The notes under the pieces were generated by a model that saw only the letters and a list, made by a program, of their open reading frames with translations, did not search any database and was not told where the DNA came from. Of a DNA stretch of 64,000 nt, positions 1 to 9,644 are shown in pieces. Origin of the DNA: Candidatus Campbellbacteria bacterium (lineage in GTDB: Bacteria; Patescibacteriota; Minisyncoccia; Phycocordibacterales; EsbW-18); the NCBI GenBank assembly GCA_016699465.1, contig CP064977.1:409743-473742 (forward strand). Reading direction: 5' to 3'. Every line of letters begins with the position of its first letter. Within the stretch, counting starts at the first letter, position 1. The position numbers and the translations under genes were made by a program.

Positions 1-2366
1 CAGCCTGCTCGGTAAAGTTCGGACCTAATTTAACTTTGGTCTATGGTAGCAACGGCAGTGGTAAGAGCGGCGTCGGACGACTTTTGTGCAATGCTTGTTT
101 TTCTCGCGGAGAGCGAGAGATATTGCCGAACGTGCGTACTGCCTCCATACCGGGCCCGGAAGCAAAAGCAACATTCGTGATGGATGACGGGGCTGGTAAC
201 CAGAGCGAGATTGGATATACTCTCGGCGACAACAACGATGATCTCAAGTGCTTTTCTGTCTTTGATTCGGAAAGTGTTTTGATACACCTTGACCAGTCCA
301 ACCACGTTAATTTTACACCTGCTCAAATCAAGATTTTCGATAAGGTCGCTGTCACTATTTCAAAGCTTGAAGAAAAACTCACCAACGAGAGAAACGCAAG
401 GAAAAAAGACAATCCTTTTCAGGTGATGTTCCTCGACGACGCAACAACGTCGACGGCCACCTTCTGCAAAGGCATCACTGGTGCAACCAAAGAAGCCGAT
501 TTTCTTAAGCATGCCAATTTCGATGATCAAGTCGACGGATCAAAGATGGATGCGATCCAAAAACAGATCGATGAAAAGAAGAAGCTCGATATCACTAAAA
601 AGAAATCCCAGCTTGCCACCGATCGCCAAAATCTCGGAGCATTCAAAGCCCCACTGCAAAGAGTGACGGACCGGTTTACTGAGACGAAAATGAACGAAGC
701 GAACCAGCTCGTCAAAGATATCCTTGCAAAAAAGAAGATCATCGAGGGTCTCAGCGTCGAGAGTTTTAATGACGGTATTCTGAACACCGTCGGCAGTTCT
801 GAATGGAGAGAGTTGATCGGTGCGGCACGAACTCTGTATGAAGCCGAAAAAGCGGCCAGCGACGATAAAGAGCCAGCACACTGTATGTTGTGCCACCAAA
901 AGCTTACAAAAGATGCCGAGACGCTCTTCCAGAAGTATTGGAAATTTCTTGAGAGCAAAGCCGAGAGCGAGCTTTCCGAATTGACCCGTAAGCAGTCTGC
1001 TCTACTGCAGGATTTCCGATCTGCAAAAACGATGTACCCGAAGTTTCTTGCTACCGATGCCGGTGTAAAAGTTCTTAGTGAGGACGACCCGACTTATTTG
1101 GCAAAGCTAAAGGTTCAATTTACGACGTTGGAAGGTGTGTTGGATGATTGGACTTCGAAAATCGGAAAGCTAAAGGAAGTTAATCGAGACGACGTTCCGG
1201 CCGTTGACCTCGTCAAGATTGATACTCTCGTCACCGCTAAAACGACTGAGGAGTCCAAGCTCGTTGATCCAACCGGCGACATTGCCACGCTTACTGCTCA
1301 ATGGAATGCGCTTAAGCATAAAAAAGATGTCACGGCCGTTAAGGATGCAGGACTGGAATACATCGCATTTCTCGCATGGTCATCACAAGCAAATGGAGTC
1401 AGTTTCTCTGGCATGAAAATGGCGACCACAAAGAAACGAACTGAGTCTTTCCTTGTTGGAGTAGCACAAGATTATAAAGGGGTTTTCAATCAGGAGCTTG
1501 CGAAGCTTGGGTGCGATTTTAATTTGATTATGAATACCAGCGGTGAGCAAGGTACAACGGTAAAGGAGTACCGGCTCGATTTTGCTGAAGACTACAACCC
1601 CAGCCAGATACTCAGCGAGGGAGAGCAGAACGCATGCTCGATCGCAGACTTCTTAACCGAAGTACAGCTCGATAAAAACAATTGCGGTATCGTGTTCGAC
1701 GACCCGGTGACTTCATTGGATCATGAGCGTAAGGACAAGATCGCTCAACGATTGGCAGTTGTTGCCGGAGAGCGTCAGGTAGTAGTTCTTACGCATGACA
1801 TTGTTTTCATGAGCCAGCTTGCCAAGCATGCAGAAAGAAATCAGATCCCAGTAGTTGCACACTGGATGAAGCAGGTTAATGGCATACCGGGGTGCGTTGA
1901 AGACAACACCAGCCCGAAGCTCTCATCGTTAGCAAGTCTGAAGACTGACTCCCAGAATGCTGTAAAGGATTTTGCATCACTCGGTGCAAAAGAACAGGAG
2001 CAAGCTTTGGGTGCAGGGTTCGACTACTTGCGAAGTGCTTGTGAGGCATTGATTGAGGAAGTTCTCTTTGCCGGTACGATCCAACGCTATGACGACCAGA
2101 TCAGGGTTCAGAATCTGGAAGAGGTTATTTTTGACCAAGCTCCTGCTCTCAAGATCGTCGAGCTACACGGTCGACTCTCTGAGGTCTTATTGGCTCACAA
2201 CAGGAGTGATCTACAGAGGGAGAACCAGCCGTCACTCACTGATCTCACTGCAATGCGAAAAGAATTCGACGACCTCGAGAAAGAACTCCGAGAATCACGC
2301 AAAGCGGCCAAAGAAGCGAGAAGTGCTCGCAAAGAGGCAAAAGTAACAGCGAGAGCAGGATGGTAA
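1..2366 (+). CDS. SMC/Rad50-like ABC ATPase with coiled-coil CxxC zinc hook (AAA_13/RloC-like); 5' end runs off the window
   Basis: The frame is open to base 1 and the ORF-track start at 36 is TTG. Walker A GSNGSGKSG near the N-terminus. A long Lys/Glu-rich coiled coil with CMLCH (CxxC) sits mid-protein. ABC signature LSEGEQ, Walker B/D-loop IVFDDPVTSLD and H-loop VLTHD near the C-terminus, followed by a roughly 250-aa C-terminal extension. Confidence 0.6.
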   Translation, partial: ACSVKFGPNLTLVYGSNGSGKSGVGRLLCNACFSRGEREILPNVRTASIPGPEAKATFVMDDGAGNQSEIGYTLGDNNDDLKCFSVFDSESVLIHLDQSNHVNFTPAQIKIFDKVAVTISKLEEKLTNERNARKKDNPFQVMFLDDATTSTATFCKGITGATKEADFLKHANFDDQVDGSKMDAIQKQIDEKKKLDITKKKSQLATDRQNLGAFKAPLQRVTDRFTETKMNEANQLVKDILAKKKIIEGLSVESFNDGILNTVGSSEWRELIGAARTLYEAEKAASDDKEPAHCMLCHQKLTKDAETLFQKYWKFLESKAESELSELTRKQSALLQDFRSAKTMYPKFLATDAGVKVLSEDDPTYLAKLKVQFTTLEGVLDDWTSKIGKLKEVNRDDVPAVDLVKIDTLVTAKTTEESKLVDPTGDIATLTAQWNALKHKKDVTAVKDAGLEYIAFLAWSSQANGVSFSGMKMATTKKRTESFLVGVAQDYKGVFNQELAKLGCDFNLIMNTSGEQGTTVKEYRLDFAEDYNPSQILSEGEQNACSIADFLTEVQLDKNNCGIVFDDPVTSLDHERKDKIAQRLAVVAGERQVVVLTHDIVFMSQLAKHAERNQIPVVAHWMKQVNGIPGCVEDNTSPKLSSLASLKTDSQNAVKDFASLGAKEQEQALGAGFDYLRSACEALIEEVLFAGTIQRYDDQIRVQNLEEVIFDQAPALKIVELHGRLSEVLLAHNRSDLQRENQPSLTDLTAMRKEFDDLEKELRESRKAAKEARSARKEAKVTARAGW

Positions 2367-2375
2367 TAAAAATAT

Positions 2376-3134
2376 ATGTCTGAATACTACACAGCACAAC
2401 GAGTAAAAGGTTTATACGATCCGGCATCGCCGGACCCGTTCAAACTGTCACGATCAAAAATTGATCTCTCTTTGGAGTGCCCTCGGTGTTTCTACTACGA
2501 TCGCAGACTCGGTGTTGGCCGACCACCCGGCTTTCCATTTGCACTTAACTCTGCCGTCGACCACCTACTAAAAGCAGAATTTGATATCCATCGTGTAAAC
2601 GGTTCGAAGCACCCTCTTATAGAAAAGTACGGAATCGATGCACGCCCGATTCCTCATGAGCAATTGGAAAAGTGGCGACATAATTTCACCGGCATTCAGT
2701 ATCTACATCCGGAGACAAACTTTTTAGTATTTGGTGCAATCGATGATCTCTGGCAGAGTCCGGATGGTGATTATATTGTCGTTGACTACAAAGCAACATC
2801 TAAAGCTGAAGACATCACCGAGCTTAATAAAGAATGGCAGAATGGATATAAACGCCAGATGGAGGTGTACCAGTGGTTGCTTCGCAAGAATGGTTTGAAA
2901 GTTTCTAGTACTGGATATTTCGTCTACTGCAACGGCAAGTCTGATCGTGAGGCATTCGATGCAAAGCTCGACTTCGATATCACATTGATTCCTTACACCG
3001 GAGATGATTCATGGGTAGAACAGGCACTTCTGGATGCTCATAAATACTTGAATAATGACTCGCCACCGGCAAGCAAGCCGGAGTGCGATTACTGTTCTTA
3101 CTACGAGACGAGGAAATTAAAAGATAAAAGATAA
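2376..3134 (+). CDS. Cas4-like PD-(D/E)xK nuclease with putative 4-Cys Fe-S cluster
   Basis: PD-(D/E)xK core ...GAIDDLW...DGDYIVVDYKAT. N-terminal CPRC plus C-terminal CDYC cysteines, as in Cas4/AddB/RecB-family nucleases. Starts 10 nt after the ATPase stop. Confidence 0.6.
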   Translation: MSEYYTAQRVKGLYDPASPDPFKLSRSKIDLSLECPRCFYYDRRLGVGRPPGFPFALNSAVDHLLKAEFDIHRVNGSKHPLIEKYGIDARPIPHEQLEKWRHNFTGIQYLHPETNFLVFGAIDDLWQSPDGDYIVVDYKATSKAEDITELNKEWQNGYKRQMEVYQWLLRKNGLKVSSTGYFVYCNGKSDREAFDAKLDFDITLIPYTGDDSWVEQALLDAHKYLNNDSPPASKPECDYCSYYETRKLKDKR

Positions 3135-3147
3135 AATATAAAATTAT

Positions 3148-3300
3148 ATGGATGATAAAGACCCAGAGGAAATAATAGAGATTGCAGAGATTGCTCAAAA
3201 TCAAGGAGTCGACATGGACAGTGCTGAAAAAATTAAAGAGGTTATGGACGAGGAGGGTTTAGACGAAGATGAGGCGGCAGAAATTGCTGAAGAGTTATAA
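3148..3300 (+). CDS. small acidic hypothetical protein (about 50 aa)
   Basis: ATG...TAA ORF below the 60-aa track cutoff, translated by eye (MDDKDPEEIIEIAEIAQ...). Highly acidic with an EIAE-type repeat. Confidence 0.2.
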   Translation: MDDKDPEEIIEIAEIAQNQGVDMDSAEKIKEVMDEEGLDEDEAAEIAEEL

Positions 3301-3306
3301 AACACC

Positions 3307-4176
3307 ATGAAAACAAAAATACTTAATTTTTATAGAAATCACCAACGTGCTTTTTATGCTATCGGCATTTTAGTTCTTTTCTTTGTACTCAGTATTGCGA
3401 GCCAAGCAATATATGATGGACTCAAGGGCGAGACGGAAACCTTTTCGGATTCTGGTGATTCATATTGCAATGTTGTTGGTATAAATTTGCACGGTATGTT
3501 AGCGACCTACGTACCAGCACAAGGCAGTGCAGATGATCCGGAAGAATATCAGGCACAGTATGGCGATGCTGTAGGAAGCGAAGATATTGTTTCCACGATT
3601 CGAGGTGCCGATCAGGACGATACGATCAAGGCCATTATGATGGAAGTTGATTCGAGTGGTGGGTATCCGGTAGCCGGCGAGGAAGTGGCAAATGCGCTAA
3701 AAGAAAGCACGAAACCTACTGTAGTCGTGATCAGGCAAAGTGGTCTATCGGCCGCCTACTGGGCATCAACAGGAGCTACGCAAATCTTTGCTTCAAGGAA
3801 TTCTGATGTTGGAAGTATCGGTGTCACTTCATCCTATCTCGACAACGTTGGAAAGAATCAGAAAGACGGAAACGCTTATGTGCAGTTGAGCTCAGGAAAA
3901 TATAAAGACGCAGGAGATCCAGACAGGCCACTTACAGAAGAAGAAAAGCAGTTATTTCTAAGAGATATTAAAATTACTCATCAGAATTTTATAGAAGCCG
4001 TTGCGACTAACCGAAACATTCCGGTCGATCAGGTTAGGGCTATTGCTGATGGTTCCTCTGTTCTTGGAGAGCAAGCAAAATCTCTAAAATTAGTAGACCA
4101 GATTGGTGGATGGTTTGAAGCAGAAAAATACATAGAACAGCAGATCGGAGAGAAGCCAGAGGTCTGTTGGTACTAA
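3307..4176 (+). CDS. sppA: signal peptide peptidase SppA / S49 family protease
   Basis: N-terminal TM segment. S49/ClpP-like motifs (IKAIMMEVDSSGG, SGLSAAYWAS). Confidence 0.65.
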   Translation: MKTKILNFYRNHQRAFYAIGILVLFFVLSIASQAIYDGLKGETETFSDSGDSYCNVVGINLHGMLATYVPAQGSADDPEEYQAQYGDAVGSEDIVSTIRGADQDDTIKAIMMEVDSSGGYPVAGEEVANALKESTKPTVVVIRQSGLSAAYWASTGATQIFASRNSDVGSIGVTSSYLDNVGKNQKDGNAYVQLSSGKYKDAGDPDRPLTEEEKQLFLRDIKITHQNFIEAVATNRNIPVDQVRAIADGSSVLGEQAKSLKLVDQIGGWFEAEKYIEQQIGEKPEVCWY

Positions 4177-4185
4177 CAAATATTT

Positions 4186-5196
4186 ATGGCAACACTATTT
4201 TTTATTCTACTTTTAATATCACTTGTTTCTCTCGCTGTCGGTCTTGCGAAGCCGTCAGTATTTCTTAGGTTCATAAAAAAAGAGCTGAGCAGAAAACAAA
4301 TCGCTGGTATTTTTGGAAGTTTGGCAATTGTTTCTTTTATAGGAATTGGGTCTTTTGCACCTAGTCCTGCACTGCAAGATTCAGTCGCTACACAAAATAT
4401 TCCTGTAACAGTTTCTCAAAATGATACACAGGAAGTGCAAGATGCATCGGAAACGTCTGATGCTGTCGATAATAAAAAAGAAGTCGTTAGTGTCGACACA
4501 GGCACCGCCAAAGCAAGTGAGGTGCCTGTCCCTACGCAACAGAAGAGCGATCAGAGTCCATTGTATTCTGTAGTTTCTGTTGTTGATGGAGATACTGTTA
4601 AATTGAGCATAGACGGCACGACACAAACCATTAGACTTATCGGATTGGATACACCGGAGACCGTCGATCCAAGAAAACCAGTGCAATGTTTTGGTAAGGA
4701 AGCATCAAATAAGGCCAAAGAACTTCTCACTGGTAAGAGTGTCAGGTTAGAGGTAGATGCTTCGCAGGGTACCCTCGATAAGTATGGCCGCACACTTGGA
4801 TATATATTTCGAGATGATGGACTCTTTTATAACAAGTACATGATCGAGCAAGGTTTTGCACACGAGTATACCTATAACATCCCCTATAAATATCAATCGG
4901 AATTTAAGGCGGCTGAGAAGTCAGCACGAGAAAATCAGAGAGGTCTATGGTCACCTGAAACTTGTAATGGTGACACCGCGTCTGTTTCTGGATCATCGGA
5001 AACCCAGACTGATCCAGCTACAACATCCTCTGGAGGAAAATTTTATACATCATCTTATTACTCATCAAAATATTACTATCCAGAGCCATGTGATGGATGG
5101 AAAAGTTTGAGCAAAACTTACCTTAAATCTTTTGATTCATTGGAGGCTCTACTTGAAGCATATCCGTCACGGACAATGAGTCCTCAATGTGAATAA
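4186..5196 (+). CDS. membrane-anchored thermonuclease (SNase-like) family protein
   Basis: N-terminal TM segment. SNase-fold motifs GDTVKL, IRLIGLDTPET, DKYGRTLGYIF. Ser/Tyr-rich C-terminal tail. Confidence 0.65.
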   Translation: MATLFFILLLISLVSLAVGLAKPSVFLRFIKKELSRKQIAGIFGSLAIVSFIGIGSFAPSPALQDSVATQNIPVTVSQNDTQEVQDASETSDAVDNKKEVVSVDTGTAKASEVPVPTQQKSDQSPLYSVVSVVDGDTVKLSIDGTTQTIRLIGLDTPETVDPRKPVQCFGKEASNKAKELLTGKSVRLEVDASQGTLDKYGRTLGYIFRDDGLFYNKYMIEQGFAHEYTYNIPYKYQSEFKAAEKSARENQRGLWSPETCNGDTASVSGSSETQTDPATTSSGGKFYTSSYYSSKYYYPEPCDGWKSLSKTYLKSFDSLEALLEAYPSRTMSPQCE

Positions 5197-5334
5197 GCAT
5201 TTTGAAACGTGAATTTATGGTCAAATGAGCCAATCTGTGAATATCGAATAAAAGCTCGCCACAGGGGCAAACAAATGGCAAAAAAGGGGCTACAAACGGC
5301 TCCTTTTTGCTTTTCAAGGTACTTATTGGATTGG

Positions 5335-5601
5335 TCAGCCAAAAATATCGATAAACCCTTGAAGTATTGGCAGGTTTAGTAACAGGATCACTGCGACAAC
5401 ACCGGGACCTTTTTTCTTTATCTCTTGGGTTGCAGGGAGTATTATGATCTCAATTTTTCTTTTGATGATCACTTTCAGTGTCTTACTGCAATGTGGACAC
5501 CGCATGGAGAATCGACCCTCGGAGTTGAAAACGGCATCTTTGAAGATGATGTTGGTGCAGTGAGGACAGTTTCCTAGATTGGTTGGTTCCTCTGCGGCCA
5601 T
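5335..5601 (-). CDS. hypothetical zinc-ribbon protein
   Basis: CPHC...CPHC pair. Hydrophobic C-terminus. Confidence 0.3.
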   Translation of the reverse strand: MAAEEPTNLGNCPHCTNIIFKDAVFNSEGRFSMRCPHCSKTLKVIIKRKIEIIILPATQEIKKKGPGVVAVILLLNLPILQGFIDIFG

Positions 5602-5805
5602 AGTTTTGTTCCGGAGGTTCTGATGCTATCCCGATAAGCTATTGGTTCTTTACAGGCAACGGAGAGAACCTCGGCTTAGAAAGAGTGAATTTACATTCAC
5701 GGTTTCCTTATCGGGTTCGGCCGCAGAAATCCTCGATCATGATTATTTTGGTTAGTAAATGATCAATCGTCCGGGTTCGACTACATCCGAACGATCAATC
5801 TAATT

Positions 5806-6348
5806 TCAAGGTTCCTCCGTTGCCGTTCTTGCACGCCTCTTGTCGCCATTCATCGACATCTTGGCGACTAGCACGTCTCTCATCTCCGCTAAGTTATCCC
5901 CAGTTTTTTGATCACGTGCGTAATTCTTTTTAATAAATTCTTTTTCTTTATTCTTGTTAGTAGTTCCTGCTGACTGATCTGACCGGTCTGTATGACCGAT
6001 GTGCAAGTCTGACTGACCGATCTTGTTTGAGTTCGGTCTGTATGACCGGTCTAGTTTCAACAGGTAGTACACATTGTGGTAGCGTCGCCGGCTCTTTCGG
6101 ATGATCTCAAGCTTGATGAGTTGCCGGATACCTCTTTGCACGCTCGAAATGCTTGCACCGATCTTGTCGGCAATGGTCTGGTGGGACGGAAAACAAAAAC
6201 CCTCCTGGTTAGCGTGCTCTGCCAGGCAGTTATAAATAGCGATGCCGATTGGACCTATTGTGCTTCCGTATTCATCGAGAAGCACCTTGCTGATCCAATA
6301 CCAGTCACCTTTGCGAAGATCCCTGATTGTTATTTTTTCATCCGGCAT
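5806..6348 (-). CDS. helix-turn-helix protein, replication-initiator/DnaD-like (element-borne)
   Basis: Winged-HTH-like segment FCFPSHQTIADKIGASISSVQRGIRQL. Start taken at the internal Met (MPDEK). Palindromic repeats lie inside its 3' half. Confidence 0.4.
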   Translation of the reverse strand: MPDEKITIRDLRKGDWYWISKVLLDEYGSTIGPIGIAIYNCLAEHANQEGFCFPSHQTIADKIGASISSVQRGIRQLIKLEIIRKSRRRYHNVYYLLKLDRSYRPNSNKIGQSDLHIGHTDRSDQSAGTTNKNKEKEFIKKNYARDQKTGDNLAEMRDVLVAKMSMNGDKRRARTATEEP

Positions 6349-6552
6349 ACACGAGAAATAAAGGCGTGGCGAGGGTCGACCAAAACCCAGACCGCACCTT
6401 ATCGATCCTCTCAATGAGGTGGCAGACCATTGAGGGGAGAGTAAGAGGCGGTCTACCATTCTCTAGATTTGGGTAGAGCCCGATCGATGTTATCCATCGC
6501 TCGGCAGAAATCTCTTCGTATAATTGGATTTTCAAGTTCCCGGATGGTGAAG

Positions 6553-6831
6553 TTACTCAAGAGGCTCTCCCGTCGCCAAAGAAGTTCCTTCCTCGTTGGC
6601 GGCTTCCGAGTCATCCGTGTCCATATCCTCCGGATAAGTCTCTTGATCAGGATTTTCGTTGTCATGTTTTTTGATGTGATCCATGTGATCCAAAAGCATG
6701 AACGCCATACGCTTAAAGCCAGCGTGGACTTTCCAAACTTCTTGTCGGGACGGCTCTCGGCCGAGTACATCGGCGAGTGCGTTGCGAGTGAGCTCAACAA
6801 GAGCTTCCTCATCTTTATCTGGTTTGGACAT
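6553..6831 (-). CDS. hypothetical acidic protein
   Basis: ORF with an acidic C-terminus. No recognisable motif. Confidence 0.25.
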   Translation of the reverse strand: MSKPDKDEEALVELTRNALADVLGREPSRQEVWKVHAGFKRMAFMLLDHMDHIKKHDNENPDQETYPEDMDTDDSEAANEEGTSLATGEPLE

Positions 6832-6884
6832 GCGGTGGTTTGGTTCATAGAAGTGACCTCACACTTTTACTGACCCCACCTTGC

Positions 6885-7091
6885 CTAAGGCAAGAAAACT
6901 TCCTCTACTCTGACCCCGAGAGCCAAAGCGATCCGCTGGGCTGTTTCGAGATTCGGCCGCTTCCGGCCGGTCTCGTACCTGCTGATCGCAGTGTTGTGCT
7001 TAAAACCAAGAATTCGGGCTAGTTGATATTGCGTTAGCCCTTTCTTGATTCGAAGGTCACGGAGTTTTATATTCACTGGTGATTTGTTCAT
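6885..7091 (-). CDS. XRE-family HTH transcriptional regulator (Cro-like)
   Basis: LTQYQLARILGFKHNTAISRYETGRKRP HTH. Divergent from a CI-like repressor gene. Confidence 0.7.
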   Translation of the reverse strand: MNKSPVNIKLRDLRIKKGLTQYQLARILGFKHNTAISRYETGRKRPNLETAQRIALALGVRVEEVFLP

Positions 7092-7247
7092 AGGTTTAAC
7101 TTTTAGACCTCTATAGTCATATTAAGCAATTTTGCTTACGAGGTCAATATATTGGGGTGTGGATAAGCAAAGTTGCTTAATCTTTACTAATTTGCTATCA
7201 TGTAAGCAATAAGGTCGGCATTAATCGATTAAGCAAAATCAACAAAT
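7092..7247. promoter_or_regulatory. divergent promoter/operator region of a Cro/CI-like switch
   Basis: Two copies of the palindrome TAAGCAA-N2-TTGCTTA plus extra TAAGCAA half-sites, between divergently transcribed HTH genes. Confidence 0.45.
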
Positions 7248-7964
7248 ATGTCATTTGGTTCATATCTAAAACAACAAAGAGAATCGAATAACTGGAGTAT
7301 CAAAGAGATCGCAGAACGGCTCGGCTTTTCCTCAAGTTACGTGAGCCAGTTGGAGAATGGGACTCGTATGCCGTCTAATAAACAGTTGGCGGTTTTTGCT
7401 AAGGCTTACCAGCTTCCCGAAGAGGAAGTGAAGAAGCATTGGGCAGAGGGCAAGATGCAAAAGGTCAGCATGCAGACTGACTACAAATTCAATCTCAAGG
7501 ATGTCGGCGAGAAGCGCGTACATGAAGCCGCCAACAAACTCGAAGAAGGATTGGAGGAATTGAAAAAGAGTTTTTCCGGTGATGGTCATTTTAAATTGCC
7601 GGTGCTTGTAGCGATTCCTATTGATGATCTCGACGGTCATCTAAGTCGAACGAGCGACTTTGTTTTATTGCCAAAAGATAATGTGGTTTCAGGTCACCGA
7701 GTGTTTGGACTCCGTGTATCCGATCTCACACTCCCCGATGCGGCCATTCTTTCTGGAGACTTCATCATTCTCGATGCCGACATTGCCCCAAAGAATGGCG
7801 ACATCGTGATCATGAGCACACCGGATGGTCTGGTGATGACTTATTACCAAGAGCGGGGCGATCACCTTGAGCTTCGGCCAGAGAAGGAAGGCTTCAAAAA
7901 AACCTACCATCTCAAGGAGAGTAAGATGATAGGCCGATTGGTTTACCACATCAAAAAATATTAA
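7248..7964 (+). CDS. CI/LexA-like repressor (N-terminal XRE HTH plus C-terminal S24-peptidase-like domain)
   Basis: N-terminal HTH (IKEIAERLGFSSSYVSQLENG). C-terminal LexA/S24-like segment (GLRVSDLTLPDAAILSGDFIIL...NGDIVIM). Confidence 0.6.
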   Translation: MSFGSYLKQQRESNNWSIKEIAERLGFSSSYVSQLENGTRMPSNKQLAVFAKAYQLPEEEVKKHWAEGKMQKVSMQTDYKFNLKDVGEKRVHEAANKLEEGLEELKKSFSGDGHFKLPVLVAIPIDDLDGHLSRTSDFVLLPKDNVVSGHRVFGLRVSDLTLPDAAILSGDFIILDADIAPKNGDIVIMSTPDGLVMTYYQERGDHLELRPEKEGFKKTYHLKESKMIGRLVYHIKKY

Positions 7965-8060
7965 CGAACAGGGCTCTCCGCAAGGTGAGCCCTCAAGCTA
8001 TTTTAGGAGGGTGGTAATAAAGAAATTATAAAAAATTAGTAAAGAATTTATAAACTAACC

Positions 8061-9644
8061 ATGAACTACTTAATTTACGGCCGTGTCTCTACCTCTCGTC
8101 AGGCCGAACGAGAATTGAGTATTCCGGCTCAAGTGAAAGCGTGTCAGAAGTACGGCATGGATCACGGTTGGAATCTTGCACCTGATGGCATCTACGAGGA
8201 AAAGGGTGAATCAGCTCGAACGGTTGAGCGTCCTCAGCTTCAGAAAATGCTTCATCGGGCAAAGACTGATAACAAGGTCGATGCAATCTTAATGCACAAA
8301 CTTGATCGTATGTGTCGCAACGTTGCGGACTACGCCGCAATAAAGATGATGCTCAAAAAGCACGACGTCCGACTGATCTCGGTGGTCGAGCAATTTGATG
8401 AGTCTTTCTCCGGAGAGCTGGTCGAGAACATCATGTCATCGATCGCTCAATGGACGTCCCAGAACATCAGCTGGGAGGTCAGGAAGGGTCTTAAAGAGGC
8501 CGTAGAGCGTGGCAGGTTCCCCGGATACGCACCAATCGGCTATATGAACGATCGGAAGACCAAATCCCTGATCGTGGATACTGTTCGAGCACCATATGTG
8601 AAGCTGGGGTTTGAGCTTTATGCGACAGGCAAATTTTCTTACTACACACTCGGTGACGAATTGGCAAAACGAGGTCTCAAGAGCAAGGCTGGCAAACGTG
8701 TCTCAAAAAAAGGCGTTGAGCGGATGCTTCAAAATTCGATCTACTACGGTCTTATAAAAACACGATCAGCTACCAATCAGGCAAACTTCCCGTCACTCAT
8801 CACTAAGAAACTGTTTGATGACGTACAGGAGATCATCGCCCAGCACAATCACTATGCCGATCGGTCTCGCAAACACACCTTTCCGCTTACTGGCTTTATG
8901 CGATGTGGTTACTGCGGTTCTATGTTGAGTGGTCAGGTAAAAAAGGGTCATCTGTACTATAACTGCTCTCACCGGCGTGATGCCAAATGTCCGGAAAGAA
9001 AGTACACACGATCAGAGCTTATCGAAGAGCAGGTCGTGGCGTATCTCTCACGAGTCGAGTTGCCACCTAAGTTCAAGACGGTCTTGGATGCGTACTTCCA
9101 GCACTTCGCAAAAGAGCGTATGGATCAGGAGGAAAACGAACGCAAAAGCATTAAGCATGACCTGATCAGAGTGCAACAGCAGATCCGTAATATTGTCGTG
9201 GATCGCTCAAAACGCATCATTGACGCAGAGGTTTTTATAAAGATTCAGGACGAGCTTCTTAAGGAGAAAGAGATGTATCAAGATCGCTTGGCCGAGCTCG
9301 AGGGTAAGTCAGACAAATTCGTGCAGAAATTCAATGAGCTTCTCGACTTCACGGATCACGCCGATGAAGTGTACCAAAAGAGTGGCACTAGTCAGAAGCG
9401 AACGGTACTAAAGCTTTGCATTGAGGGGTTCACAGTCAGAAATCAAAAACTGACGCCGATATGGACGCCAGTCTTTGATGTTCTTATGGACTTACAATTG
9501 TCCAAGTTCGATCCCCCAAAAGTCGGCGGCAAGGGTTCTAAAACCGCCTCAAAAACCCTTGCCGTACCTAAGGTTCTAACTTGGACATCTGGCGGAGAGG
9601 GAGGGATTCGAACCCTCGGACCAGTTTCCCGGTCAGCATCTTAG
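8061..9644 (+). CDS. large serine recombinase (integrase)
   Basis: N-terminal resolvase domain (YGRVSTSRQ, catalytic Ser), recombinase domain and a Cys-rich zinc ribbon (CGYCGS...CSHRRDAKCP). The 3' end overlaps the tRNA-Ser 3' end. Confidence 0.8.
   Translation: MNYLIYGRVSTSRQAERELSIPAQVKACQKYGMDHGWNLAPDGIYEEKGESARTVERPQLQKMLHRAKTDNKVDAILMHKLDRMCRNVADYAAIKMMLKKHDVRLISVVEQFDESFSGELVENIMSSIAQWTSQNISWEVRKGLKEAVERGRFPGYAPIGYMNDRKTKSLIVDTVRAPYVKLGFELYATGKFSYYTLGDELAKRGLKSKAGKRVSKKGVERMLQNSIYYGLIKTRSATNQANFPSLITKKLFDDVQEIIAQHNHYADRSRKHTFPLTGFMRCGYCGSMLSGQVKKGHLYYNCSHRRDAKCPERKYTRSELIEEQVVAYLSRVELPPKFKTVLDAYFQHFAKERMDQEENERKSIKHDLIRVQQQIRNIVVDRSKRIIDAEVFIKIQDELLKEKEMYQDRLAELEGKSDKFVQKFNELLDFTDHADEVYQKSGTSQKRTVLKLCIEGFTVRNQKLTPIWTPVFDVLMDLQLSKFDPPKVGGKGSKTASKTLAVPKVLTWTSGGEGGIRTLGPVSRSAS

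Noticed and set aside
7248-7964. Calling the CI-like repressor an autoproteolytic LexA
   Set aside because: The C-terminal domain aligns to the S24 fold, but the canonical Ser (as in G-M-S-M) appears replaced (VSDLTL) and I could not place the catalytic Lys. I describe it only as S24-like.
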